A stretch of 64,000 bases of DNA from the NCBI GenBank assembly GCA_963733255.1, contig CAVTCH010000007.1:84839-148838 (forward strand). Direction: 5' to 3'. How positions within the stretch are numbered: the stretch's first letter is position 1; every line of letters starts with the position of its first letter. This document shows positions 9,453-18,486 of the stretch, one piece after another. Position numbers and translations under genes: made by a program. The DNA is from an uncultured Actinomycetes bacterium. Lineage in GTDB: Bacteria; Actinomycetota; Thermoleophilia; UBA2241. The notes beneath the pieces are model-generated. The model was not told the origin of the DNA and did no database searches. It saw nothing but the letters and a program-made list of their open reading frames with translations.

Positions 9453-10982
9453 GTGAGACGCTGGAAGACGGCGCTGTCACCGATCGTGCCGGCGCTGTGC
9501 CTCGCGAGTCTGCCCGTCCTGGCCGGCGCCGCCGGCGCCCCCGTGGCGTGGGCTTCGGCCGCGTCGGTCGCCGCCTCGACGTCGACGCTTGCGGGCGCGG
9601 GCCTGCCGGCGCCGCTGTGGGGACCGCTGCTGCCGGCGGGGTCCGTGCAGCCGGGCGGTCCCCTGCTGCCGAGTGGTGCCTTGCGGCCGGGCGGGCTTTC
9701 GCAGCCTCTCGGCCGGTCGCTGTCGCTGCACGGCTCGCGCAGCCAGTCGCCCAACTGGTCTGGCTACGACGTGACCGGCGGGCCGTTCACGAGTGTCACG
9801 GCGACCTGGACCCAGCCACGCGTGCGGCCCAGCGCCGACTTCACCGACGCCGCCTTCTGGGTGGGGCTCGACGGCGACAGCGCCGACCCCTCGGTCCCTG
9901 CGCAGACCGTCGAGCAGATCGGCACCGAAGGCTACTCGCTGCAGGGCGTGCACTACGACGCCTGGTATGAGATGTATCCCGACTACGCTCACTACATCAC
10001 CTTCGGCAAGGGCAGCTCCCGACGCCTCATGGCCATCCATCCCGGCGACGTCATCACCGCGACCGTCACCTGGAACGGCACCTCCAGCTTCACGCTGTCG
10101 CTCGTGAACAAGACGACCGGGCGCTCGTTCACGACCGTCCAGACGATCGCGAAGGGCGCGTCTCAACCCGAGCGCTCGTCGGCCGAAGTGATCGCCGAGG
10201 CGCCCTCGCTGAGCGACGGCTCACTGCTCTCGGTGGCCAACTTCGGGCTGGTGCGGTTCCGCGGCTGCGCCTTCGACGACCAGCCGATCGGAGCGTTCGA
10301 CTGGTCTCGCATCGACATGGTCTCGTGGGACACGCACGCCACCGAAGTCGCCACGTCGGCGCTGAGCCCCGACGGCACCGCCTTCGACGGCACCACCGAT
10401 CTGCGCGCGCCGGTGACGAGAGTCGGCCACATCCCCGCCTGGGTCAGCAAGCCCGTGACGCTGCGTTTCAGCGCCTCCGACAACCGGGGCGGCACGGGCG
10501 TCGCCTATACCCAGTACTCGACCGACGGCGGCGCGACCTGGTCGAAGGGCACGTCGGTCACGCTGCCGGTCCCAAGCGACCATTCCGCCGACGGGCGGGC
10601 GACGGTCTGGTACCGCTCGGCCGACAAGGCCGGTAACCTCGAAAAGGCGCACCGCTGTGTCGTGCACATCGACACGCGCGAGCCCACACCGGTGGCGCAA
10701 CGGCCTGCGATCGCGGCGCGCGGCGGCCGGGCGACGGTCCGCTACTCTGTCGACGACCCGCGGCCGGGCAGCCCGACGGCCACCGTGACGATCAGGATCC
10801 GCAGCGTGCGCGGAGCCCTTGTGAAGAAGATCGTGCTGGCCGGCAGGCCGGTCGACACCCGACTTGCCTGCAGCTTTGCCTGCCCGTTTGCCAGGGGCGT
10901 CTACCGGGTCGTCGTCTCGGCCACCGACGCCGCCGGCAACCCTTCCACGGCGGCGGCGACCACCACGCTGACCGTGCGCTAA
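9453..10982 (+). CDS. secreted glutamic peptidase, MEROPS G1 / Pfam Peptidase_A4 (eqolisin) family, with two C-terminal beta-sandwich modules
   Basis: GTG 9453 lies 6 nt after GGAGGG, followed by a signal peptide. G1 hallmarks are present: 'SPNWSGY', 'FWVGLDGD', catalytic-Gln context 'VEQIGTEG', 'YDAWYEMYP' and catalytic-Glu context 'SSAEVIAEAP'. C-terminal modules: 'GVAYTQYSTDGGATW...DKAGNLE' and a FlgD-Ig-like module. Confidence 0.75.
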   Translation: MRRWKTALSPIVPALCLASLPVLAGAAGAPVAWASAASVAASTSTLAGAGLPAPLWGPLLPAGSVQPGGPLLPSGALRPGGLSQPLGRSLSLHGSRSQSPNWSGYDVTGGPFTSVTATWTQPRVRPSADFTDAAFWVGLDGDSADPSVPAQTVEQIGTEGYSLQGVHYDAWYEMYPDYAHYITFGKGSSRRLMAIHPGDVITATVTWNGTSSFTLSLVNKTTGRSFTTVQTIAKGASQPERSSAEVIAEAPSLSDGSLLSVANFGLVRFRGCAFDDQPIGAFDWSRIDMVSWDTHATEVATSALSPDGTAFDGTTDLRAPVTRVGHIPAWVSKPVTLRFSASDNRGGTGVAYTQYSTDGGATWSKGTSVTLPVPSDHSADGRATVWYRSADKAGNLEKAHRCVVHIDTREPTPVAQRPAIAARGGRATVRYSVDDPRPGSPTATVTIRIRSVRGALVKKIVLAGRPVDTRLACSFACPFARGVYRVVVSATDAAGNPSTAAATTTLTVR

Positions 10983-11063
10983 GAAAGAAGCGTTCGTCGC
11001 GAGCGCCGCCCCCGACGTTCGTCTCTCTGTGCGCGGTGCCCGGCTCATGAGGGACAACGGAGC

Positions 11064-11774
11064 GTGACCTGCGTGATCGGCATGGTGATCGCCGTGGCTC
11101 ATGCCGTCGTGCTCGTGGCCCTGCACGGGGCCCTGCGCGACGTTGCCGACCAGGTCGGTCGGCACGGCTACCTGATCCTCTTCGCACTGATAGCGGCGGA
11201 GAGCTTTGGCCTGCCTCTGCCCGGTGAGGTGAGCCTGCTGGTGGGCGCCTACGAGGTGCAGCGCGGCGTCTTCGGCCTTCCCTGGGTGATCCTGGTCGGC
11301 GTGGCCGCGGCCGTCAGCGGCGACAACCTCGCCTTTCTGTTCGGGCGCCTGGCCGGTCGCCCCGTGGTCGTGCGTCTCATGCGTCTCTTTCGCGTGCCGC
11401 CGGCCTACCTGGAACGCATGGACTCCTTCTACCTGCAGCATGCCGGCCGCACGATCGTGATCGCGCGCCAGATCTCGCCGGCGCGCGGGCTGGCGGCCCT
11501 GTCGGCCGGGGGTTCGCGGATGCCGTGGCGGCGCTTCGCCGCCTTCAACGCGGTCGCCTGTGTGCTCTGGGCGACCGTCGTGACCCTGCTGGCCATGCTG
11601 TTCGTGACGCACCTCGACGCGCTGGCCGACGACCTCAGCCTGGCCGGTCTCATCGCTCTGGGCATCGCTTTCGTGGCCGGCCTCTTCTACCTGTGGCGTC
11701 GGGTGCGTCGCAGGGTCGGCCGCGGCGCCGCCGACCCGCCCCGGGACGACGGGCCCTCCGGCAGCGACGACTAG
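11064..11774 (+). CDS. DedA-family (SNARE-associated) membrane protein
   Basis: 'YLILFALIAAESFGLPLPGEV' and 'GDNLAFLFGRLAGRP' motifs, multi-TM. Start is GTG 11064 or in-frame ATG 11082. Confidence 0.85.
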   Translation: MTCVIGMVIAVAHAVVLVALHGALRDVADQVGRHGYLILFALIAAESFGLPLPGEVSLLVGAYEVQRGVFGLPWVILVGVAAAVSGDNLAFLFGRLAGRPVVVRLMRLFRVPPAYLERMDSFYLQHAGRTIVIARQISPARGLAALSAGGSRMPWRRFAAFNAVACVLWATVVTLLAMLFVTHLDALADDLSLAGLIALGIAFVAGLFYLWRRVRRRVGRGAADPPRDDGPSGSDD

Positions 11775-11830
11775 GCGTGTCACGTAAGTCACGCACGCCT
11801 GAGCGGCGACGACGCAGTCGATCGTCGGCC
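11771..11830. repeat. single copy of a 60-nt CTAG-initiated element (about 80% identical to the triplicated unit at 59861..60043)
   Basis: 'ctaggcgtgtcacgtaagtcacgcacgcctgagcggcgacgacgcagtcgatcgtcggcc'. Its TAG is the dedA stop codon. It shares the 22-nt core 'ctgagcggcgacgacgcagtcg' with the other locus. Confidence 0.8.
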
Positions 11831-11878
11831 TGGGATAAGCTCGCCAGTGTGGGATGCGCGGAAAGGCTGGAGGCGGCG

Positions 11879-12670
11879 ATGACGACGCTCGGATCGCGGA
11901 CGATCGAAGGACTGCTCCTCGACATGGACGGTGTGCTGACCGTCTCGTGGGAGCCGCTGCCCGGAGCGGTGGAGGCCTTCGCCCGGCTGCGCGCCGGCGG
12001 CCTGCCGATCCGTCTGCTCACCAACACCACCGGGCGCAGCCGGGTGGCCATCGCCGCCGGTCTGCGCGCCGCCGGGTTCGAGGTCGGAGACGACGACGTG
12101 CTGACCGCCGCGGTAGCCGCCGCCGCGCACTTGCGCGACGTTCATCCGCAGGGTCGCGTGGTCCTGCTCGGCGACGCCCAGAAGGCCGATCTCGAGGGCG
12201 TCCGGCTCGTGGGCTGGGATGACGACCCCGACGTCGTGCTGCTGTCGGGCGCCGACGGGTCGTATGAGTTCGAGAACCTGAACCGGGTCTATCGCGCGTT
12301 GCTGCGCGGCGCCGCGTTCGTGACCATGCACCGCACCATGTCGTGGCTGACTGCCGACGGCGTCTGCCTTGACACCGGCGCCTACGTGGCCGGGCTGGAG
12401 CAGGCCGTGGGCCGTTCCGCGGAGGTCACGGGCAAACCTGCGGCCGGGTTCTTCGCCGCCGGGCTGCGGGCCCTGGGGCTGCCGGCGGCACGCGTCGCCA
12501 TGGTCGGCGACGACATCGACGGCGACGTGATCGCCGCCCAGGCCGTCGGCATCGCCGGCGTGCTGGTGCGCACCGGCAAGTTCCGGCAGGAGACCCTCGA
12601 CCGAGCGGCCACGGCGCCGGATCGGGTGGTCGGGTCGATCGTCGAGGTCCCCGGTCTGCTGGGTCTCTGA
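11879..12670 (+). CDS. HAD-superfamily hydrolase, subfamily IIA
   Basis: ATG 11879 lies 7 nt after GGAGG. Motif I 'LLLDMDGVL', motif II 'LLTNTT', motif IV 'MVGDDIDGDV'. Confidence 0.85.
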   Translation: MTTLGSRTIEGLLLDMDGVLTVSWEPLPGAVEAFARLRAGGLPIRLLTNTTGRSRVAIAAGLRAAGFEVGDDDVLTAAVAAAAHLRDVHPQGRVVLLGDAQKADLEGVRLVGWDDDPDVVLLSGADGSYEFENLNRVYRALLRGAAFVTMHRTMSWLTADGVCLDTGAYVAGLEQAVGRSAEVTGKPAAGFFAAGLRALGLPAARVAMVGDDIDGDVIAAQAVGIAGVLVRTGKFRQETLDRAATAPDRVVGSIVEVPGLLGL

Positions 12671-12678
12671 GAGACCGC

Positions 12679-12957
12679 TCAGCCGGCCTTGAGAAGCCTC
12701 TCGTAGCTCTCGGGGGCGTAGCCGGGCACGACGTGGCGACCGATCTTGACGAACGGAAAGCCGTGGGCGCCGTGTTCGTGCAGCTCGGCCGAGATCCTGG
12801 CCTGCAGCTCGGGGCCCGCCATGTCGTACTCGATCACGAAGGGGTTGATGCCGCGCTCCCGGAAGAACGCTTTGGCCTTGGCGCACCACCCGCAGGTGGT
12901 GAGCGAGTAGATCGTGACGATCGGTGCGTCCGGCGTGGCGTGTCTCCTTCTCTGCAT
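12679..12957 (-). CDS. glutaredoxin/NrdH-like small redox protein
   Basis: 92 aa from ATG 12957. 'IYSLTTCGWCAKAKAFF' CxxC motif in a thioredoxin-fold context. The longer 176-aa ORF is an upstream extension overlapping the neighbouring gene. Confidence 0.7.
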   Translation of the reverse strand: MQRRRHATPDAPIVTIYSLTTCGWCAKAKAFFRERGINPFVIEYDMAGPELQARISAELHEHGAHGFPFVKIGRHVVPGYAPESYERLLKAG

Positions 12958-13075
12958 GTCGTCAATGTCACCACAGGTATACCCGGCCGCACGCCGAACT
13001 CTGTGTGACCGTCGTGGCGGACGGCGCTCGAAAGGCGTAGGGTCAGACGGAGGAAGTCCGCAGTCCGGGGGGACT

Positions 13076-14344
13076 ATGCCGACCAGAGAACGGTTCAGTG
13101 TGACGGCCGAGATCATCTCGGACATCACGTCGAGTCTCGTGCTCGACGACGTGCTGCAGAGTGTCGCCCGGCGCACCGCCGAGGTGCTCGACCTCTGGGA
13201 GTGCGACATCTACGATTACCACGCCTCAGAGAACCGCACCGTCGGGCTCGCCCTCTGGGCGCGCGAGCCGCACTACGCCGACGGCGACTGGGTGGGGTCG
13301 AGCGCGAGCCTCGGCGAACAGCCCTCGTTCGTGCGCGTGCTTCACGAAGGCAGCATGATCGAGAACCGTATCGACGACCCGCGGCTGCCCGACCCCGATC
13401 GCCAGCGCATGGAGTTCTGGAACGAGAAGAGCTGCCTGCTCGTACCGCTCGTCTTCAAGGACGAGATCATCGGCTGCCTCGAGCTGGTCGAGAAGCGCCG
13501 CGTGCGCCGCTTCACCGCCGAGGAACGCGCGCTGGCGACGACGCTGGCGGCCCTCGCCGCGGTGGCCATCGAGAACGCCCGGCTCTACGGTGACGTGGAG
13601 CAGCTCGCCATCACCGACGGCCTCACGGGCCTCTACAACCACCGCTACTTCTACGACCGCCTGGCTCAGGAGGTGGCCCGGGCGCACCGTTACGGCGTCC
13701 CGCTCTCGCTGCTCATGATCGACATCGACGATTTCAAGGCCTACAACGACAGGAACGGCCACCGGGCCGGCGACGCCCTGCTACGCGAGCTCGGCGGGTT
13801 GCTCGCCTCGCAGACGAGACAGCGCATCGACCTGGTCGCGCGCTACGGCGGCGAGGAGTTCGTCGTCATCCTGCCGAGCACCGGCGCGACGGGCGCCGCG
13901 CGGGCCGGCGAACGGCTGCGCGACGCGGTCAGCGAGACCGGTCTCGAGCCCGCACTGGGGAACGAGGCCGACGAACGGTGCGCGGGTGAGCCTGCGCCCG
14001 CCCGCGAGTCCGCGCCTGACGCCGAGTCCGCGCCCGACGAGAGGGGCGCGCTCGAGAATGGGTCCGCCTCTGACGGCGACAGCAACGCCGCCCACATCGT
14101 CGGCGAACGCATTCGCAGCAGCATCGAGGTCGAGACGTTCGGCACCGCATACGCGCCGCCGGTCATCACGGTGAGCGTCGGGGTCGCCAGCCTGCCCGAT
14201 CACGCGACGACCGTCGACGGCCTGGTCGACGAAGCCGACAGCGCCCTCTACCGGGCCAAGCGCCTGGGCAAGAACCGCGTCGAACTGGGGCGTGGCGACG
14301 TCGCCGCCGGCGACCTTGCGGCGGCGTCGCCGCAGACGAGCTGA
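13076..14344 (+). CDS. GAF-GGDEF diguanylate cyclase (intact GGEEF active site)
   Basis: GAF region ('LLVPLVFKDEIIGCLELV'), then 'ITDGLTGLYNHRYF', 'MIDIDDFKAYND', 'RYGGEEFVVILP', 'ALYRAKRLGKNRV'. An acidic ~50-aa insertion sits inside the GGDEF domain. Confidence 0.9.
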   Translation: MPTRERFSVTAEIISDITSSLVLDDVLQSVARRTAEVLDLWECDIYDYHASENRTVGLALWAREPHYADGDWVGSSASLGEQPSFVRVLHEGSMIENRIDDPRLPDPDRQRMEFWNEKSCLLVPLVFKDEIIGCLELVEKRRVRRFTAEERALATTLAALAAVAIENARLYGDVEQLAITDGLTGLYNHRYFYDRLAQEVARAHRYGVPLSLLMIDIDDFKAYNDRNGHRAGDALLRELGGLLASQTRQRIDLVARYGGEEFVVILPSTGATGAARAGERLRDAVSETGLEPALGNEADERCAGEPAPARESAPDAESAPDERGALENGSASDGDSNAAHIVGERIRSSIEVETFGTAYAPPVITVSVGVASLPDHATTVDGLVDEADSALYRAKRLGKNRVELGRGDVAAGDLAAASPQTS

Positions 14345-14469
14345 GCACGCCGCCCGGGCAGCGGACGACCAGCCCCGAAATTCAAGCCCGGCGAACCGTC
14401 TGTCGACCTTGAATGGTGGCGGACAAAGGTGCCGCTCGCACTCGGCGACGATCCCCGACAGGGCAGGCC

Positions 14470-15576
14470 ATGAGACGCTGGATAGCGCCTATCCTTGTGA
14501 GCTGCGCGGCGGCTGTGGCGGCTGCGCGCGTCCTGACGCCGACCCTCGTGCCCGGGCGCGCCGGCGCCCTCGTCGTCTCCAGTCTACTCGTCTGCGCCCT
14601 CGCGGCCGTCTGGGTCGCCTCTCGGCGCGGCGGTGCGCGGATCGGCGCGGGAGCGGCTCGCGGGAACGGCGACGCTGAGCCGCGCTACCGCGCCCTCTTC
14701 GAGGCCTGCGGCGACGTCGTCTGCGTCTACGAGCTGCCGGACGACGGTGGCCCGGGACTCCTCGTCGAGGCCAACGAAACGGCCTGCATGGCGCTCGGCT
14801 ACGCACGACCACTCCTGCTCGCCATGACCTCCGACGAGCTCTATGCACCCGAGGTCCGGCGCACGGTGCAGGAGCGCATGCGCGCTCTGCGAGACGCCGG
14901 CAGCCTCGCCTTCGCGAGCACCTATGTGACAAGCGACGGTCACCGGCTGCCGGTCGAGCTGTCTCTGCGCCGCGCCGACGTCGACGGGCGTCCCCTGTGT
15001 CTCGCCGTCGCGCGTGACGTCTCCGCCCGCCTCGAGACCACCGAGCTGTCACGCGGCCGATCGCACGCCGACGAGCTCACCGGCCTGCTGAGCCCGCGCG
15101 GCTTCTTTGCCGCGGTCGGCGAGGCTCGTCAGCGCGCTCGCCGGCTGGGCGCTCCACTGCTGCTGCTGCACGCCGAGCTCGAAGGGCTCAAAGAGGTCAA
15201 CGATCGGCTCGGGCACGGCGCCGGCGACGCGCTCGTTCTGGCCGCTGCCGACATCTTGCGTCAGACGATCCGCGACTCGGACGTGCTGGCCCGTCTGGCA
15301 AGCGACGAGTTCGTCGCCCTGGCCGTTCTCGGGCACAGCAACCGTGAGCGCGTCGACTGGCATCTGATCATGGCCCGCTTCGACGAGGCCGTGGCCGCCA
15401 AGCAGGCCGAGCTTGCCGGCAGCTTCGCCTTCTCGCTGCGTTACGCCAGCCTGGTGGTCGAGTGGGAGGAGCTCGACCACATCGACGAGCTTCTGGCGGC
15501 GACGCGCGGCTCTGCGGCGCCGCGGGGCGTGTGGAGCACCGGCAAGCTCTCCGAGAGGGTGACGGCGACGGTCTGA
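14470..15576 (+). CDS. TM-PAS-GGDEF-domain protein with a degenerate active site (ASDEF) and a retained RxxD I-site
   Basis: Two N-terminal TM segments and a PAS-like 'YRALFEACGDVVCVYEL...'. The GGDEF fold is present ('DELTGLLSPRGF', 'LKEVNDRLGHGAGD'), but the signature reads 'RDSDVLARLASDEF' (15298..15312 encode A-S-D-E-F). Confidence 0.8.
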   Translation: MRRWIAPILVSCAAAVAAARVLTPTLVPGRAGALVVSSLLVCALAAVWVASRRGGARIGAGAARGNGDAEPRYRALFEACGDVVCVYELPDDGGPGLLVEANETACMALGYARPLLLAMTSDELYAPEVRRTVQERMRALRDAGSLAFASTYVTSDGHRLPVELSLRRADVDGRPLCLAVARDVSARLETTELSRGRSHADELTGLLSPRGFFAAVGEARQRARRLGAPLLLLHAELEGLKEVNDRLGHGAGDALVLAAADILRQTIRDSDVLARLASDEFVALAVLGHSNRERVDWHLIMARFDEAVAAKQAELAGSFAFSLRYASLVVEWEELDHIDELLAATRGSAAPRGVWSTGKLSERVTATV

Positions 15577-15585
15577 GGACCGCCG

Positions 15586-17655
15586 CTACGGCGCCGCGGG
15601 TGTCACCGTCTGCGAGGGCGCGGGCGATGGGCGCGTCGACTTCGTCGGCGCGGGCTTGGGCGACACCGTCGCGGACCCGGTCCCGGCGCCCGGAGACGCG
15701 GAGGGCTGCGGCGTGGGCGACGGCGCAAGCGAGGCGTAGTGTCCGTGCCACGGCTTGTACACGGGCAGGACCGCCGGCACGGCGAAGTCGGCGATCGGCC
15801 GCGAGCCGAAGACCATCTCGTAGTAGGTACCCCAGATGGGCACACAGTAGGTGGCGCCCTGGACTCCCGGCATCGGCACCTCGGCTTGCGGGTAGCCCAT
15901 CCAGACGGCGGTGGCGAGCTTGGGGTCGAAGCCGCAGAACCAGGCGTCGGCCGAGTTGGTCGTGGTGCCGGTCTTGCCGGCGGCGATGCCGGTGTAGTAG
16001 TTGGGCATCGCCGCCGCCGTGCCGAAGCGCGTGTTGCCCTCGAGGATCTTGTCGACCACGTAGGCCACGCCGGCCGGGATCACCCGCCTGCCCCGCACCT
16101 TGGCGTGCACGATGCGCCCACTCGGAAAGACGACGCGGGAGATCGCCTGCGGGGTATGCCGCACACCCTGGGCCGCCAGCGTCGCGTAGGCGTCGGCGAC
16201 CTCCAGAGGGTTGACGACCTCCGAGCCCAGCACGATCGAGGGATAGGCCGCCAGCGGGCTCGTGATGCCCATCCTGTGGGCCACGCTGACGATCTTGCGC
16301 GCCCCCAGGTCCAAGGCGAGCTGGGCGTAGACCGTGTTGTCCGACTGCCAGGTGGCCTGCACCAAGTTGATGCGTCCGGCGTAGGTGTTGGAGAAGGTGC
16401 TCACGTCCCAGTAGGGCGGCACCGAGCCCGGCCCCAGGTAGATGTGCAGGGGCTGCGAGGTGTAGTAGGTGGTGGCCGGGTTGGCGCCCTCCTCGACCGC
16501 CGCCACCAGGGCGAAGGGCTTCATCGCCGAGCCGAGCTGGCGGTGGGCCTGCCAGGCGAGGTCGAACTTGGTCGTGCGCCAGTCGGTCGTGGTCGCCATG
16601 GCCCTGATGTAGCCGGTCGCAGGGTCGATCGAGACCAGCGCCCCGGCCGGCCCCGCGGGCAGGACGCTCTTCATCGATCTGATGGCGTCCTGCTGCATCG
16701 CCAGGTCGAGTGTGGTGTAGACGCGCAGGCCGCCCTCGAAGGTCTCCCGGGCGCCGTAGCGCGCCACGAGCTGCTGGATCACGTAGTCGAGGAAGTAGGC
16801 CGCCGGACCGTGCTCGTCGGGCGGTGGCTGGGCGAAGACTCGCAGGCGGGCGGCGCTCGCCCGCGCCGCCTGCCCGGCTGTGATGTCGCCTTGGCTCACC
16901 ATGAGCGACAGCACGAGGTTGCGCCGCTGCAGGGCTTCGGGGGCGTCGTAGATCGGCGAGTAGCCGGCCGGGAACCGGGGCAGCGCCGCGAGCAGGGCGC
17001 ACTGCGGCAGCGTGAGCTGCCAGACGTGGCGGTGGAAGTAGGTCTCCGCGGCCGCCTCGACACCGTAGGCGCCGGCGCCGTAGTACACCGTGTTCAGGTA
17101 GGCGGTGAGGATGCGGTCCTTGGACCAGTGGTCTTCGAGCTCCCAGGCGAGCACCGCCTCGTGGACCTTGCGGGTGAGGGTGGTGTCGCCGTCGAGGTAG
17201 GCGTTCTTCACGTACTGTTCGGTGATCGTGCTGCCGCCCTGCACGGCCCGGCCGGCCCGAAGGTCGGCCAGCGCGGCGCGCAGGACGCCCTCAAAGTCGA
17301 CCCCGTGGTGGTGGTAGAAGCGGCGGTCCTCGATGGCCACCGTGGCCTCCTTCAGCAGGCGCGGTACGCGCCGGCTGGGCACCGTGATGCGGTTGACCGC
17401 GCCGTGCAGGCGGGCGATCACGTGACCGTGGCGGTCGTAGATCAGCGTGGTCTGCGCGGGTCTGCGCTGCTGCAGGCTGGCGAGGGCGGGCGTGCCGTCG
17501 GCCAGGTTGAGGAACGAACCCCCGAGCGCCCAGAATGCGGCGCCCGCGGGCACGGCCAGCACGAGCAGGCCCAGGAGGATCCAGCGCGACCAGTGCCTCT
17601 GCGGCGCGGCGGCGGGGCGCCCGGCGGTACGCAACAGACTCTGGGGCGGTCTCAC
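15586..17655 (-). CDS. class A penicillin-binding protein (GT51 transglycosylase + transpeptidase)
   Basis: 'EDRRFYHHHGVD', 'GGSTITEQYVKN', transpeptidase 'SAMKPF' (SxxK) and 'KTGTT'. Pro/Ser/Thr-rich C-terminal tail. Confidence 0.9.
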   Translation of the reverse strand: MRPPQSLLRTAGRPAAAPQRHWSRWILLGLLVLAVPAGAAFWALGGSFLNLADGTPALASLQQRRPAQTTLIYDRHGHVIARLHGAVNRITVPSRRVPRLLKEATVAIEDRRFYHHHGVDFEGVLRAALADLRAGRAVQGGSTITEQYVKNAYLDGDTTLTRKVHEAVLAWELEDHWSKDRILTAYLNTVYYGAGAYGVEAAAETYFHRHVWQLTLPQCALLAALPRFPAGYSPIYDAPEALQRRNLVLSLMVSQGDITAGQAARASAARLRVFAQPPPDEHGPAAYFLDYVIQQLVARYGARETFEGGLRVYTTLDLAMQQDAIRSMKSVLPAGPAGALVSIDPATGYIRAMATTTDWRTTKFDLAWQAHRQLGSAMKPFALVAAVEEGANPATTYYTSQPLHIYLGPGSVPPYWDVSTFSNTYAGRINLVQATWQSDNTVYAQLALDLGARKIVSVAHRMGITSPLAAYPSIVLGSEVVNPLEVADAYATLAAQGVRHTPQAISRVVFPSGRIVHAKVRGRRVIPAGVAYVVDKILEGNTRFGTAAAMPNYYTGIAAGKTGTTTNSADAWFCGFDPKLATAVWMGYPQAEVPMPGVQGATYCVPIWGTYYEMVFGSRPIADFAVPAVLPVYKPWHGHYASLAPSPTPQPSASPGAGTGSATVSPKPAPTKSTRPSPAPSQTVTPAAP

Positions 17656-17709
17656 CGCCGTGCCTCTCGCGTGCGGGCTGTCGGAGTCGCCGCCACGTGG
17701 GCTCTCCGG

Positions 17710-18276
17710 TCAGGCTGCTTTCCGCTCGGCGGGCGCGGGGCGGGCGAAGGGACGGGCGTCGTATCGCTCGCCGGCGTCGTGTCGCTGCCGGGTGTCGTCG
17801 TCTAAGAGCAGCAGGATGAGCGGCACCGTGGCGGGCCGGTCGGCGATCTGGGCCTCCGGCTGCCAGCGGCGCACACCGCGCAGGTACCCCACGGTCGCGA
17901 CGACGGCCAGCACGGCGATGCCCGGCCACAGGACGGCGTTCAGCACGGTCGCAAAGCCGGCGACGATCGACGCGGCGCAAGCCGCGGCCATGATGCGGCT
18001 CCACGTCCCGGGACGGTCCTTGCCAAGGGCCAGCGCGAGGCAGGCGTCGACCAGGGGTACGGCGAAGGCGGCCGCGGCCGGCGTCAGGATGAGCGCCGCG
18101 ACGGCGCGGGCGAAGCCGTGTGCGGGGGTGAACCCCAAGGCGATCGTCGCCTCTCGCCACGCGATGACGGCAAACCACACGGCGCCGGCCAGCGACAGCG
18201 TCGCAAGACAGACGCCGCCGGCACGAGCGACGGGTCCGAGCACCGGGCGCGCGCCCCTGCCGTCGGTGTGGTCCAT
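17710..18276 (-). CDS. hypothetical polytopic membrane protein
   Basis: ATG 18276. Four to five hydrophobic segments. Co-directional with and 55 nt upstream of the PBP gene. No family motif recognised. Confidence 0.5.
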   Translation of the reverse strand: MDHTDGRGARPVLGPVARAGGVCLATLSLAGAVWFAVIAWREATIALGFTPAHGFARAVAALILTPAAAAFAVPLVDACLALALGKDRPGTWSRIMAAACAASIVAGFATVLNAVLWPGIAVLAVVATVGYLRGVRRWQPEAQIADRPATVPLILLLLDDDTRQRHDAGERYDARPFARPAPAERKAA

Positions 18277-18486
18277 CGGTCGACCCCCGTTCGTTACGGC
18301 CTCAGCGACCGGCGCCGCGAACCGGGAGCTCCGGTGCCCGGCCTCTCTTCGGGCCGACCGGCAGCGCACCCTCGCGCGGCGCTCGGATTCGATGATTGCC
18401 TGCGCGGGGGCGTTCTTAAGCCGTTCGGTCGCCGAGCGGCGCGTCGTCGTCGCCCGGCGGCCGCGTCGTCGCCGCCCAGAGGCTGC

